Shown one piece after another: positions 12,648-24,529 of a DNA stretch of 64,000 bases. The translations under genes were made by a program, and so were the position numbers. The notes beneath the pieces were generated by a model that was not told where the DNA came from, ran no database searches, and saw only the letters and a program-made list of their open reading frames with translations. Each line of letters begins with the position of its first letter. Position 1 is the first letter of the stretch. The stretch covers positions 10,752,850-10,816,849 of the forward strand of contig NC_134029.1 in the NCBI RefSeq assembly GCF_964204645.1. Reading direction: 5' to 3'. Source of the stretch: Tubulanus polymorphus. Its lineage: Eukaryota > Animalia > Nemertea.

Positions 12648-13953
12648 ATTGAGTTAATAGCCAGTCATACAAATCAGCGGCTTCTGGGGTTGATGTCGGT
12701 CTTGATTGTTGTCCCTGCCTCGTTATAAGATCACACATTGCTGAAAAGTCCGGATCACAGCCTCTCGATTCATTCGGCTTACTACAAAATTCCTCTCGAA
12801 TTTGCTGAAGTAGTCCAGAGTCCACTGGAAATTTGTAGTCTATAGTAGAAAATATTATTTCGTATTATCAAGAAGTGATAAAAACATCGTAAACTTAGAA
12901 ACCTATGCTCATTTTATACAGCGTATTTCGTACCGTAATATTCCGGCGAGAAGTATAATAGATCAGGTTTTCCGGGTGGATCATCCGCATTTCGTTGAGG
13001 CCTGATGGCATGTGTATTCCACTCCTGCACGAAATCCTGAAGATCGGCATTTATCAAATCAAAGAAACAGTATCTTAAGGTTTGACTGAAAAATATCTTT
13101 AAATATGTTCATCCAAAACTGAACAACTTCGTTTCGAAGACTTCGCCACCATCGTTCAATGCGCTTAAAACAAAGAAACATAAAACAATTGGTGAGTTTT
13201 GAAATATCTTAAGTTGGTTCTAGCGCAGAAATGGAGATTGTCCAAATCTACCCATATTACTCCACGAACCTGATTACTCGTAGATCTATCCACAAGAACG
13301 CACGTTTCGTCGTCATATTCTGCTCTAAAGGCCTTCTGAATCGCAGCAATTCTGCCATTTTCGGTTCCAGCGTCCATACGGATGCAGCGAGGAACTGCTG
13401 AATGATGATATAAAGATGACGGTCAGAGTATTATCTTAATCGACGATTGATAACGGATAATTTTTCCCAGGCATAATTTCGGCATATTGTGTTTTTATGT
13501 ATGGCTATTCTATCTACCTTCAATGTCCTGAACGAAATCTAAAAAGTACCACGCAACCACCTCTGGGTCATTATTAGTATTTCCAACTCTTAACCAAAAT
13601 CTTTTCAATGTAGACTGTGTTTATGAACATGTTCGACAAACCAAATTCTGAACTTAAAAAGCATCCAAGAAAGCAGTTTTGAATACAGCCAGATTGTAAA
13701 CGACACGTATTTACTATTCCGCTGTTGATATGTGGAAATAATATCTTTTAGGATATATCAATTATATATTATGTTTACCCATCTATACACCCATGAATCG
13801 GGAAACCAAAAGGCTTGAGCTTGTCATAACCATCGAGATGGACAAGATAATTGGGACCCTGGTTAAAGTAACGTCGTTGTCTTAAAACCCCATGGGTCCT
13901 ATTCTGCACTCCTTCGAAGTCTAAATTCTGAAGGATATTGGAAACTAGAGACC
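12648..13953 (-). pseudogene. IS3EU-like DDE integrase/transposase, multi-exon
   Basis: Exons read RRYFNQGPNYLVHLDGYDKLKPFGFPIHGCIDG / WLRVGNTNNDPEVVAWYF / PRCIRMDAGTENG...RSTSNQ / RIERWWRSLR...EWNTHAIR...GKPDLLYF / DYKFPVD...AADLYDWL, with GT-AG introns. N-terminal exons are missing. Confidence 0.85.
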
Positions 13954-14236
13954 TAGAAGTAAACAATCATATAACAAATGAGTGAAGCGATCCAGATCTC
14001 ATCTTAAAGGTCTTACATCAATCAAATACACATTTATACATATGCTGGCCGATTCGAAAGTTTTTTTTGTCAGGCGTAACAAAACTGACAATTCTTCAAT
14101 TTGGCCAAAAAATATTTTTCGAGAAATTAAGTTGTTTATTAGTTATGGCGTTTTGGTACTTTAGCGCCCTCATTTATCATGTCAGGAATTAACCGTGTAG
14201 GTAGCCACCGTATCATACATCTTACCTAGGGTAATA

Positions 14237-16612
14237 CGGTTCCTGAACTTCGCTGAAAAAGCTGAAACACTGAAAAGCTGAAACGCTGAAATAAAAACGC
14301 TGAAATTTCAGGGAATTTCCGAAAAACGCCGAAATTTCAGGGAATTCCCGAAAAACGCTGAAATCGTGCTAGGTACCGACAATACACGTTTTGAAATGTT
14401 TTCCGGGCCGGTGTCCGCTGACGAGTCCTGAACCGTGTTTTATGCTCTACCTTCGGTTACAGAGACATGCCTTAAGGTCGTCGTCATGATCGACTTGATC
14501 GATTGCGGATTGCGTGGATTGTTAGATGTGTTTTTTGCCATAGTTTTATGTGCATATACCGGTACGATCTAACAATGAAGTTATCACTTCATTTGAATAA
14601 ATTCTTAATCACAGTAATATTAATTCACAATATTTTTTCTTATGTTTGGTGATTTCTTGCAACTTATCATTGCCAAGTCTCATACAAGTAGTAGCTGAAT
14701 GAAAGTACAGTTAGGCTGAACCTGATAACCCAAATTAAGTGCTAGCATGGAACTAATGATTATTTTGATTCTATTTTCGGTGTCATTGAAATTCGTTAAT
14801 AAAGGTTCAACCGTCATAGTATACTGTACTTAGCATTGCTACAATTGGGTGCCATATTTCTACAATTTCTACAAGGAGGAAGGAATCTTTAAGTGTCTTT
14901 GTTCCCGGGTGGGGTACGGGGTAAAACCTGGTTTACTTTCTCTTTCGACTTGCCGGAGACTACTATCTGCAATGTATTGCATGCTTTGATGTGTCTGGCC
15001 TATAGGAGTCGAACGATATTTTTTTCCCATACACAGGCATGGCTTTAGTGTAGATGAAGGCTAGGCACTGCACATTGTGGATTGACTGGAACTCTAACTC
15101 ACAAAATTAAACGAGTCAACAAGAAAGATCCAATAATTGGACATTTGTCTAACTATATTATTTAACAGCTTGAAATAATACATAACACATTCTGCAAGAG
15201 TATACAAAGGAAATCAGTTCTTACATTATATCAGAATCAATAGTTCGCTTAACTCTGGCTAGAATTCTGGTTCCATTGCTTCATATTCTAATGAAATCCA
15301 CTAGTATACCTTAGAATATCGCTTTGCTTAAGACTAAAAATTTGGTACCAGGAAACAGGGAAGAAAAGTGGGTGTACTGTACATCCGCAATTGACTTATT
15401 TCTCTCCAGTTGAATCAAGTTATTATTGAAATAGCATTCGAATAGCCATTTTATTTTTAAAAATTGTGTCGTTCAGCTATCCTGCTGCAAATTTCGCAGT
15501 TGAAGTTTACTGGTGCCATCTGATTTCTCAGTATCTCAAAAAATTTGCACATTCTAAGCCTGAATCTAAAAATAGAAAAAGGTGCATTTTAGTCGGATAT
15601 AAAAGAATAGTGGCTAATACACCCTGGACTATATAGCCTATGGGGTGGGCCTAGTTTGAAAGCACTGAGGTCCGAGAGAACAGCACTTAGTAAATAAATA
15701 CTGAAATTAAACTTACAAAACACCCAGTACTTGAGATGATGTACTTGACAAGAAGTGTCACCAGCTAAGCAAATCAACTTTGTCTATGACTCCTCCTTTT
15801 ATAGATTCAGTAGTAGTCTAAAAATAAGAATGGGTTCATTTTTCTAACAGTTGGTATGTCATTTCTTCAAAAAAACTAATTATTATCACGCCACAGCAAA
15901 TAAATTATTCACAGTTGTTGAATGGTTAGCCCGATATAGATTAATTGGTTGACGCTAATCAGTATGATCCATACGTAGGGGCCTACTGCATGCCATTGGC
16001 GTCAATCCATTCCATTCCATTCCACAGTGAATTAAAAAGAAATTTAGTTAGATCCCTTTTGTCCAAAAGCTGCATCATTTATATAACTAGCTGTCAAATT
16101 TAATTTACCTCCTTCAGAGAATACCATAGTGACAAAGTCCGTCGCCCATCAACGTGTTGACAAAAGAAAAGTTGCTCCATGTTTTATACATGAACGTTCA
16201 AATAAGATATTTTTCGTCTTGCAGGGAATATTGAGCATAGTGTTTAAGTTGGCTTGCACGGTTTGTGAATGGGTTTTCCTCATTATGCTGCCTGTATGCA
16301 TTAAAAATCCGGATTTCAAGCGAATTAATTTGTCCAACAAGTGGCCCTCTAGAAGTATACTCCACACATACTGTCCATGCGTGTCTCTGTAACCGAAGGT
16401 AGAGACTAAAACACGGTTCAGGACTCGGCAGCGGACACCGGCCCGGAAAATATTTCAAAACGTGTATTGTTGGTACCTAGCACGATTTCAGCGTTTTTCG
16501 GGAATTCCCTGAAATTTCGGCGTTTTTCGGAAATTCCCTGAAATTTCAGCGTTTTTATTTCAGCGTTTCAGCGTTTCAGTGATTCAGCTTTTTCAGCGAA
16601 GTTCAGGAACCG
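14237..16612. mobile_element. Non-autonomous MULE/MuDR-like DNA transposon, copy 1
   Basis: ~220-bp TIRs starting CGGTTCCTGAACTTCGCTGAAAAAGCTG with internal (cgctgaaa) repeats; 9-bp TSD AGGGTAATA at 14228-14236 and 16613-16621; no coding capacity seen. Confidence 0.85.
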
Positions 16613-16666
16613 AGGGTAATAAGATAAAATCCCACTATTTACAGATTAAAAGAATTTAAAAACCAG

Positions 16667-16793
16667 GGGGCAGTTGCTCAAAAGTTGGTTAAAGATAACC
16701 GGCTGTTAAATACCATAGTAACAATGAAATTTCAATTGTCACCATATCAACTATCCACTGGTTAACTCTAACCAACTTTTGAGCAACCGGCCC
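16667..16793. mobile_element. Harbinger-like MITE
   Basis: TIR GGGGCAGTTGCTCAAAAGTTGGTTA / TAACCAACTTTTGAGCAACCGGCCC, 3-bp TSD CAG; second copy at ~60083-60209. Confidence 0.8.
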
Positions 16794-16828
16794 CAGAATT
16801 TATTTATTAATTCTAAAATATTTAAAAG

Positions 16829-16870
16829 ACACGACGTTTCGATCTCACCCTAGAGATCATCGTCAGGTGT
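16829..16870 (-). ncRNA. Minimal type I hammerhead ribozyme of a Penelope-like element
   Basis: Minus strand reads ACAC-CUGACGA-U-GAUCUC-UAGGGU-GAGAUC-GAAAC-GUC-GUGU: complete core, stem II and stem I, just 3' of a GIY-YIG ORF. Confidence 0.85.
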
Positions 16871-16959
16871 GAGAAAAAAAACTAAAAACAGGGGTATATA
16901 TACAGAGGAGGACAGGTTAATTGAGTAAATTGGTGATTGAGTAAATAATTAGTGTTTGG

Positions 16960-17500
16960 TAAGGCATGAAGTAATATACTTAGAATGAAGGGAATTATGC
17001 GGAGAAAAGCCATTATTTAAATTGGTACTAATATCTGAGTGACGAGTAATTAGGGCAGACTCAACTATGTGGCGTTTAGTGTAATTGCTGGAAGTATAAA
17101 TAATTTCGGCTTTATCAAAATTAAAACGATGACCAGTGTTCCAAACGTGATTGGCTACGCCATTAGCCGGTTTTGATTTATTATATCCTTTTTGTCTTCC
17201 GGAATTCGAGTTTTTAAATCACGACCAGTATCTCCAAAGTAAATTTTATCACAGCCAAAACAAGGAATTTTGTAAACTCCGCAGTCCAAAGGTTTAGATT
17301 GATTGTTTTTAACCAAAGTCTTACTAATTTTGTTTTCATACGTGAAAATGATTTGTTTATCCAATAAAGGGAGAGAGTGACGAAACTTTTCCAAAACAGG
17401 TACATACGGAACTACAATGAACTCTGAAATGTGTTTTTTATTTTCTGGAGGTTTAGAATTGAAGAAAGTACGTTTAGTCTTAGAAATAGCGATTTTCAAA
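16960..17500 (-). pseudogene. Penelope-like retroelement 3' fragment (RT tail plus GIY-YIG endonuclease)
   Basis: ORF 17155-17598 has VPYVP...CGVYKIPCFGCDKIYFGDTGRDLKTRI; a shifted frame continues ANHVWNTGHRFNFDKAEII...KRHIVESALI. Confidence 0.85.
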
Positions 17501-18132
17501 ATGTGATGATATCTGTTAGTCAACAGCCGAAACGTTGTGGTTTCGTAAGAATAAATTTGATCGTATAATTTCAAATTCGAAGTGTGGGATTTCTTCATTT
17601 ATCTAAAGTTTACACGGATCATAGTGTTAATTCGACAACTAGCTTTGAAGTCTTGTTGCATTCAAGAGTGAATATTTTCCGAGGATACCAAAGTCAATGT
17701 TTACATTAGAAAGTGTCAGAACTAATTTTCAAGTTGAAACATTATATTTGGACGGTGTTCAAGCAAAATAGCAGCACAGTACGTACGACTCCATGAGATG
17801 ATAATCAAATCCACGAATAGTCATTTATTAACATATTTGAGCATGTCTAGCTTTGTTAAGTGCACAAAATAAGAAATTAATCCACGAAATTCCACGCTTA
17901 AATAAATTTTAGGTAATCGATGTTCTTTGAAAATATACAAGCAAAGCCAAATCTAGAGGAATAAAGAGAAGTGAATGACCAGGATGGGAAAACTTTAGTA
18001 TTATTCACTCTTGAATGTAGTAGTTGCCTGACCTCAGTTACTTGCAGTGTTGAGCACATAGAAACCATAGGGTTCCCGATCTACGATGATATGAACTGTT
18101 TGATGCACCGCGATCATAACCACTGGGATAGA

Positions 18133-18368
18133 CTTTAGCAATATTCAGTCCATTAACACCTTTAGCTATATCAATTGGTGTGTTTGGATTAAGTCCAAGT
18201 GTTTTAACTGGTATAAGTTCAAAATTAAATATAAAAAGTAATAAAGAAAAAATTAAAACTAATATAAAAGAAATTAATAAATTAAAAAATACATTAGATT
18301 ATATAATAAGTTTAAATGGTAATATAACAGTTGAAGATAAATTATTAAAAGAATTATTAAATTATTAA
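18133..18368 (+). pseudogene. Polinton small membrane/coiled-coil protein, 5'-truncated
   Basis: LAIFSPLTPLAISIG...NIKSNKEK matches ORF 44697-45014. Confidence 0.75.
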
Positions 18369-18384
18369 TTTTTTAATTATATAA

Positions 18385-19684
18385 ATGGGGTTTCCAAAAG
18401 CTTTCCAATATAATAAATCAATTAAATATAATATTCCTGCAATAGATTTTAATGAAAATATTACATATAAAAATTTAGTTTTAAATTCATAAACTAATTT
18501 AGAATTTTATGCTACTGAAACACAGTTTTTTATTTCTAAAATGGAAAATATATTTAATACATATGAAGTTACTTTTACTCGAGATGAATATCATATATAT
18601 AAAGTAAAATCTAATATGAAATATTGGCAGAATCAATTAAATTTTGCTGTTTATTGTGCAACAACTGGTTGTGGTATAAGTTGATGATCATTTAAATAAC
18701 TTAGATAAAAATTTGAATTATTCTGATTTAAAATTAATTCACACAATATTTAGATTTCACACATATTTTCAAATCAGAATAATATTAAATGAATTAGAAT
18801 GTCCTTTACCCGGATCTAAATATTTTAAAGAATTGGATAATAATATTAATCCATCTAAGTTTTATAAAATATGTAATGAATTTAATATAAATATTAATTC
18901 CGATTTTAGAGCGCATGGTAAATTGCAAGGTATTGGTGAACAGTATGAAATAAAAAGAATTGATTATATGCATAGAATTGGAGCTTATCATAATTATAAA
19001 ATTGATAATAATAATGGTTGGATTAATTTTATTTTACTAAATAGTGAAGGTTTTACAAAATCAGGTATACAAAGAATAAATCAATCAATTAGAACTTATT
19101 TGATATGTATTTTAGGTGCGCAAGTTGAAACAAGATCACCAATAGTTGGAAATGATAACACTTCATTTGTTGCGCAGAAACAATTCAAAGTATTAGTTGA
19201 TGATTCCATTCATAATGATAAAAATAGATCGATCCCAGAAAACATAGTTAGGTACCAAAATTATCTAGATAAATCACATATTAGATTAAATTATTGTATA
19301 GGCCTTAATCTATTAATTATTTCTAATGATTTAGTATTAAAAATGGGAAATATAATTGGTTATAATAATTTAATTAAGACTGCAACAATAAATAATTCAT
19401 TTGGATTGAATGATATAAATAAAAAGATAATTACTGCTTCAAAATTAATGGAAGGTGGAAACATTAAAAAACATATTCAATCAACAGAAACTAAAACTTA
19501 GAATATTAAATTAAATAATGATTCTAAAATAAAAGATTATAATACATCAGAAAATGTAAAAACTGATATTATTCAACATGATATAATTAAAACTGATAAT
19601 GATAATAAATCTCATGAAAATACTAAATTAGTTATTACTTGTATAGGAATTGTAATAGGAGGAATATTATATTTTAAATTTTAA
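18385..19684 (+). pseudogene. Polinton conserved ~440-aa protein with C-terminal TM (homolog of 43237-44562)
   Basis: YWQNQLNFAVYCATTGCG, FRFHTYFQIR, RINQSIRTYLICILGAQ; in-frame stops present. Confidence 0.8.
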
Positions 19685-19703
19685 TTAAATTTTTATTATA
19701 TAA

Positions 19704-21418
19704 ATGGATGAAGAAATTCCATTGGATGTCATGGATCCTTTAGATGAACCTGGTATAAGTGATGAACCACAACCTGATTTTAATGAAACTAATATTGATA
19801 ATGATGATTGATCAGCATATAATACTAATTTAGGTGAAGATGATTCTAGTGGGCCTATATTATATGATTATGATGAATTTAAAGATGATACTAAAACATG
19901 TGAAAAATTAATAGATTATTTAAGAACCCGCGATAAGATAATAATTAAAACTAGACCAGAAAGAAAAGAGTTAATTGATAGATTAGAAAAAACAAAAAAC
20001 CCTAAATTGGAATTATTATTATACATAAAACATAGTGTAACAAATACAGTTATTGAAGAATTATTACCAAAAAATATAACATATAACATTGAACCAGAAG
20101 ATATTTCAGAACAAATTAGAAAAGATGATCCACATTTCATGAATAATTTAGAATTTAAAAATGATACATGGTATTATAATGTTGAATTTAAATAACAAAC
20201 TGTATCAATTCAATCATCTAAAATGGGACAAGAAAATATGTACCATCCTGAAATGCGAGCAAGATCTACAATTGAACGTGCAAAAGGTGGTTTAGAATTT
20301 CTCAGAATTATATGGAATGCACTCGATAGAATAAATGAAAAAGAACCAATTCCGAATATTGATATTAACAATTATTCACCATTTAAAAATCCAAATCCAA
20401 ATCCTACTTATGATCCAGAAATGGAAGATTTTGCAGATCGATTAGATAGATTAAGATCTTCAACACCAGAAACATCGAGAAGAGATATTCAACAAATTGA
20501 TTATTATTCAAGTCAATTACAATTAGTATAAGAAAAACAAATTGATAGATTAAGTGATACAGAAGAACAGATGAATAGTATGTTAGATACATCTGGTACT
20601 GAAACTGGAAAAAATCGAATGCAATCTTTACTAGAAAAAGGATTACTTGATTTAACTGATGAAGAATTTAAAAAAATTTCCTGAACAAGCACGTAGAGAA
20701 ATTAAAGGTATGCAAGAATCAGCTGGTGAAATTGCTAATATTAAGATGAGATTTTCTAAAATAACTATGTTAGATAAAGAATTAATTAATGCAAATGAAG
20801 AATTAAAACAATTAGAATTAAATAAAAATCTTCAAGTAATCGAGGAAGCTGATAATGAAAGCAAAAAGTTAGCTTTAGAAAAAGAAATAGATGATTTAAA
20901 ATATAACAAAGAATTACAGGAAAAAGAAAGAGATATATTATTAAAATCATATGATCTTAATCATATTAAAAAATTAAAAGTTATTTTTAAAGATTTAATA
21001 ATAAAACCAGATTCTAAAATATCATCGAAAGACAGAATAAAATTATTATTTAAATTAGAAGGAATAACAATTCTTTCAATTCTAACATCTGTAACTATGG
21101 TATTCACAACAATAGGTTTAGCCATATCAAATTCATTAAAATCTACACCAACTCCTAAAAAACCTGATAAACCTCCATATAATAATTCTATACAAGATAA
21201 AGTTAAGGATGGTTTAAAAAAAATTAGCAAAATATTTATGGGAACTATCTAAAAAATCTGCTGCAGCTTTACCTGGAGTTATTGCATCAATTGTTGGTTT
21301 TGTTTTAAAATCTGCTGGGAATATTCTTAACTTTGCTGCTGAACATATTATTTTATTTTTAATTACAGTTGTAAGTGCTATTATTTTTGGGTTAGTGAAT
21401 ATGATAAAAAATAAATAA
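19704..21418 (+). pseudogene. Polinton acidic/coiled-coil protein with C-terminal TM helices
   Basis: Starts MDEEIPLD and ends with the EGITILSIL...PGVIASIVGF block, as at 41769-43221; stops and frameshifts. Confidence 0.75.
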
Positions 21419-21438
21419 TTAATTTTTTTGTTAAATAA

Positions 21439-22686
21439 ATGAGTGGGAGTTATATAAATCCTTCTAAGAATCCTAGAATATCTAATGCTATTAAAGCAGA
21501 GAGATCTCATCATATAATTACTCATAACCCTTCTAATATTAATCCTGATGAAACTTTATATGTTAGAATCCCGAGATTAAATCAAAATACTTTTTATGTT
21601 CCAAATAGTATTTATTTATTAGCTGATATAAATGTAACTGGTAATAATAATAATTATGTTGTTGATAATGTTGGAAGATATTTGATTAAAAAATTAACTA
21701 TAAAGATTGGTCAAGAAACAGTTTTCTCATTAGATGATTATAATTTATTTATGTATTATAAAGATTTATGGTTAACTAAAGAAAATAGGTATAATATGAT
21801 ATTTCAAGGCATCCAATCAGAAAACCAAAATGAATTAAGATTAGAAGCTAATAATGCAGTAGTAACTAATGACGTAGATAATTTGATCAAACAGATTTAT
21901 GGAAGCAAATATAAAATTCCATTAGACTTTGAATTGATAAATAATAATGCACCTTTATATAAATATGCAATACAAGAAGATATTTTATTCGAAATAACAT
22001 TTGCTCCTGTTAATGAATTTTTAATATCAATTATAATTAAAGATATGGGTTATAAATTATCGAATATATGTTTAGAATATGATACAGTAACTGATGAAAA
22101 TATTTCAAGTATAATTCAAACACAATACAATCAGGGATTTTCATTATTATATGATTATATTGATAAATTTAAAACTGTAACTATTAATGCACATGATGAA
22201 ATTATTAATGAGAATATTAACTTCCCAAGAAGATCTATTAAAGGTATATTAATATTTTTCACAATTGCAACATATTCTAATGGTGCAATAAATGTTGATT
22301 ATTATTATAATCCTGAAATAACAAAAGTAGAAATAACTATCAAAGGAATAGCAAATAAAATATTTTGCCAAGGAATGAGAATGATAGATCAGTGACCAGA
22401 AATTAGACAACATTTTATGAATGAAAAAGTAAAATCATCTGAAAATTGTAATATTAATCAAATTGATTTATTATACCGGTAATAAATATGCACTATGGTT
22501 AGATTTTAGAACAACAGAGGATAATTCATTACATGGTTCTGGGAAAAAACTACAGAACACAAGATGGAATACAATTATTCATGAAAAAGAAAAAAAGGAA
22601 GCTTAAATTTTAAAATGCACATTTACATCATATCTGACGCGCAATTAAATATCATAAATCCTCAATTGAATAGTGTTATGAATTAA
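21439..22686 (+). pseudogene. Polinton major capsid protein (double jelly-roll), 3' part disrupted
   Basis: Highly similar to 40501-41748; TGG to TGA at 22393-22395 followed by frameshifts. Confidence 0.82.
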
Positions 22687-22718
22687 AATTTTAATTTTAA
22701 TAAAAATATTTATAATAA

Positions 22719-23891
22719 ATGGAAGGAGGAATATATGAAATACAAAGTCCAAGTGCAATGATATCAGATATATATTATATAATACCTTATGATGAATATA
22801 GTAAGTATTTTGGAGATTACTTTAATCAATTCAAATATAGAAAAAAGTAAAATAGATAATAATATTGAAACAAAAATAGAAGATAATATTGAACCTAAAA
22901 CAGAAGATAATATTGAATCTAAAATAGAAGATAATATTGATTCTACATCTAATAATAATGAAAATATAGATATTATACCTTCTACATCGAATGATGATAA
23001 GATTGAACCTGATATCAAAACCAAAAAGACAAATGAAGAATATTGTGACTTATGTAAGAAATATATATCATATAAAAATTGGGCATCACATAAGAAATCA
23101 AAGAAACATGTAGAAAAAGTAAAGAATAATAATGATAATAATATATCTGATAGTAATATAATAGATAATTTAATAAATAATGTTAATACAATTGAAACTA
23201 ATGATACCATAGATAATATAACAGATAATGTAATAAATAATGTTAACCCAATTGAAACTAATTATAATGATATAACAGATAATGAAATAATTGATTATTC
23301 TAAAAACATTGTAACATTTGTAATTTAGATATTTCTGAAAGTAATTTTTCTAAACATAAAAAATCTCAGGTGCATATAGAAAATGAAAGGAAATTGGAAG
23401 AAATAGAAAGAAATAAAACGTGTCAATATTGTAATAAGAAAATTGAACCTGTTGATGAAAATACTCATTATAAATCAAAATTACATCTAATTAATGTTTA
23501 TAAAATAGCGAGTATGATACCATTGTTAAATAACCCAAAGAATTATATTAAATATTTTAATCCTAAAACTAACCAATATTCTATATTCTATAAGTTGTTA
23601 TTTGATAAATTATTAGCTTATGCAGAAGATAATCCTGAACAAATATATAAATTATTATATTTTAGAAAAATAGATTTGAGTTATCTAATAAAAAATTTTG
23701 GATATCATTTTGATTTTTATTATGATGATTTTGATGAATACTTTGAAAAATTAAGAAAAGAAGCTAATATACCTACTAATTATTGTTTAAAGATGACTCG
23801 ACTAGAATTAATAAATCTACCTAAGAATTATGGTGAATTAGATATAAACAAAGATGATTTTATAAATGTATTAGAAACAAAATTAGAATAA
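22719..23891 (+). pseudogene. Polinton C2H2 (matrin-like) zinc-finger protein with IETKIEDN repeats
   Basis: YCDLCKKYISYKNWASHKKSKKH and TCQYCNKK...HYKSKLH; frameshifted; homolog at 39324-40468. Confidence 0.75.
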
Positions 23892-23896
23892 TTATT

Positions 23897-24515
23897 ATAA
23901 AACTATTTATATATCTATATACTAGACGTACGTAAGAATCTTGGTAAGAATCCAAGAATCCAAGAAATCTTACTTTCTTACTCGTACGTCTAGTACATAG
24001 ATATATAAATTAGTTTTCATAAAAAAAATTAAAAACATAAATTATTAAAGTATAGAAATAGTTACAATATAATCTATTTTTATTTTTATTAAGAAAAACA
24101 TAATTTATTCATTTTTATATATTTCATTTAATAGTTTATATTTAGAATAATTATTGTAAAACTATTTATATATCTATATACTAGACGTACGTAAGAATCT
24201 TGGTAAGAATCTTGGTAAGAATTCTTACTCGTACATCTAGTACATAGATATATAAACAGTTTCAGAATAATTATTCTAAATATAAATTATATATATATAT
24301 TTGTACCCCTGTGTAAACATAAATTATAAACATAAATTATAAACATAGTTTTAATATATAATTTATTCATTATTATATATTTCATTTAATAATTTATATA
24401 TCTATGTACTAGATGTACGAGTAAGAATCCAAGAATTCTTACTTTCTTACTCTCTTGGCAAGAATCTTGGATTCTTACTCGAACGTCTAGTACATAGATG
24501 TATAAATAGTTTCTA
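23897..24515. repeat. Three imperfect ~120-bp palindromes between convergent Polinton gene blocks
   Basis: Arms tatatctat.tactaga.gtacg / cgtac.tctagtacatagatatata flank gtaagaatc/cttac/ccaag sub-repeats. Confidence 0.85.
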
Positions 24516-24529
24516 TAATATTTCAAATT

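Larger units (their letters stand above)
8063..12651. mobile_element. ISL2EU-like DNA transposon (THAP-HTH-DDE transposase plus YqaJ exonuclease, convergent)
   Basis: The two-gene configuration is typical of ISL2EU. Ends are approximate (caata...tattg), next to the 3' end of the IS3EU-like integrase. Confidence 0.72.
5700..14174. mobile_element. IS3EU-like DNA transposon remnant (integrase-type transposase convergent with a HECT ligase gene), hosting a nested ISL2EU-like element
   Basis: Spliced DDE integrase on the minus strand at 12648-13953 and HECT gene on the plus strand at 5730-7577. Putative terminus ggcgttttgg...gcgccctcat near 14147-14174 resembles 33121-33147. Left end not found. 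Confidence 0.55.

Noticed and set aside
16129-16458. Short ORFs inside the MULE-like element (also 54175-54690)
   Set aside because: No transposase motifs, and the frames are not conserved between the two copies
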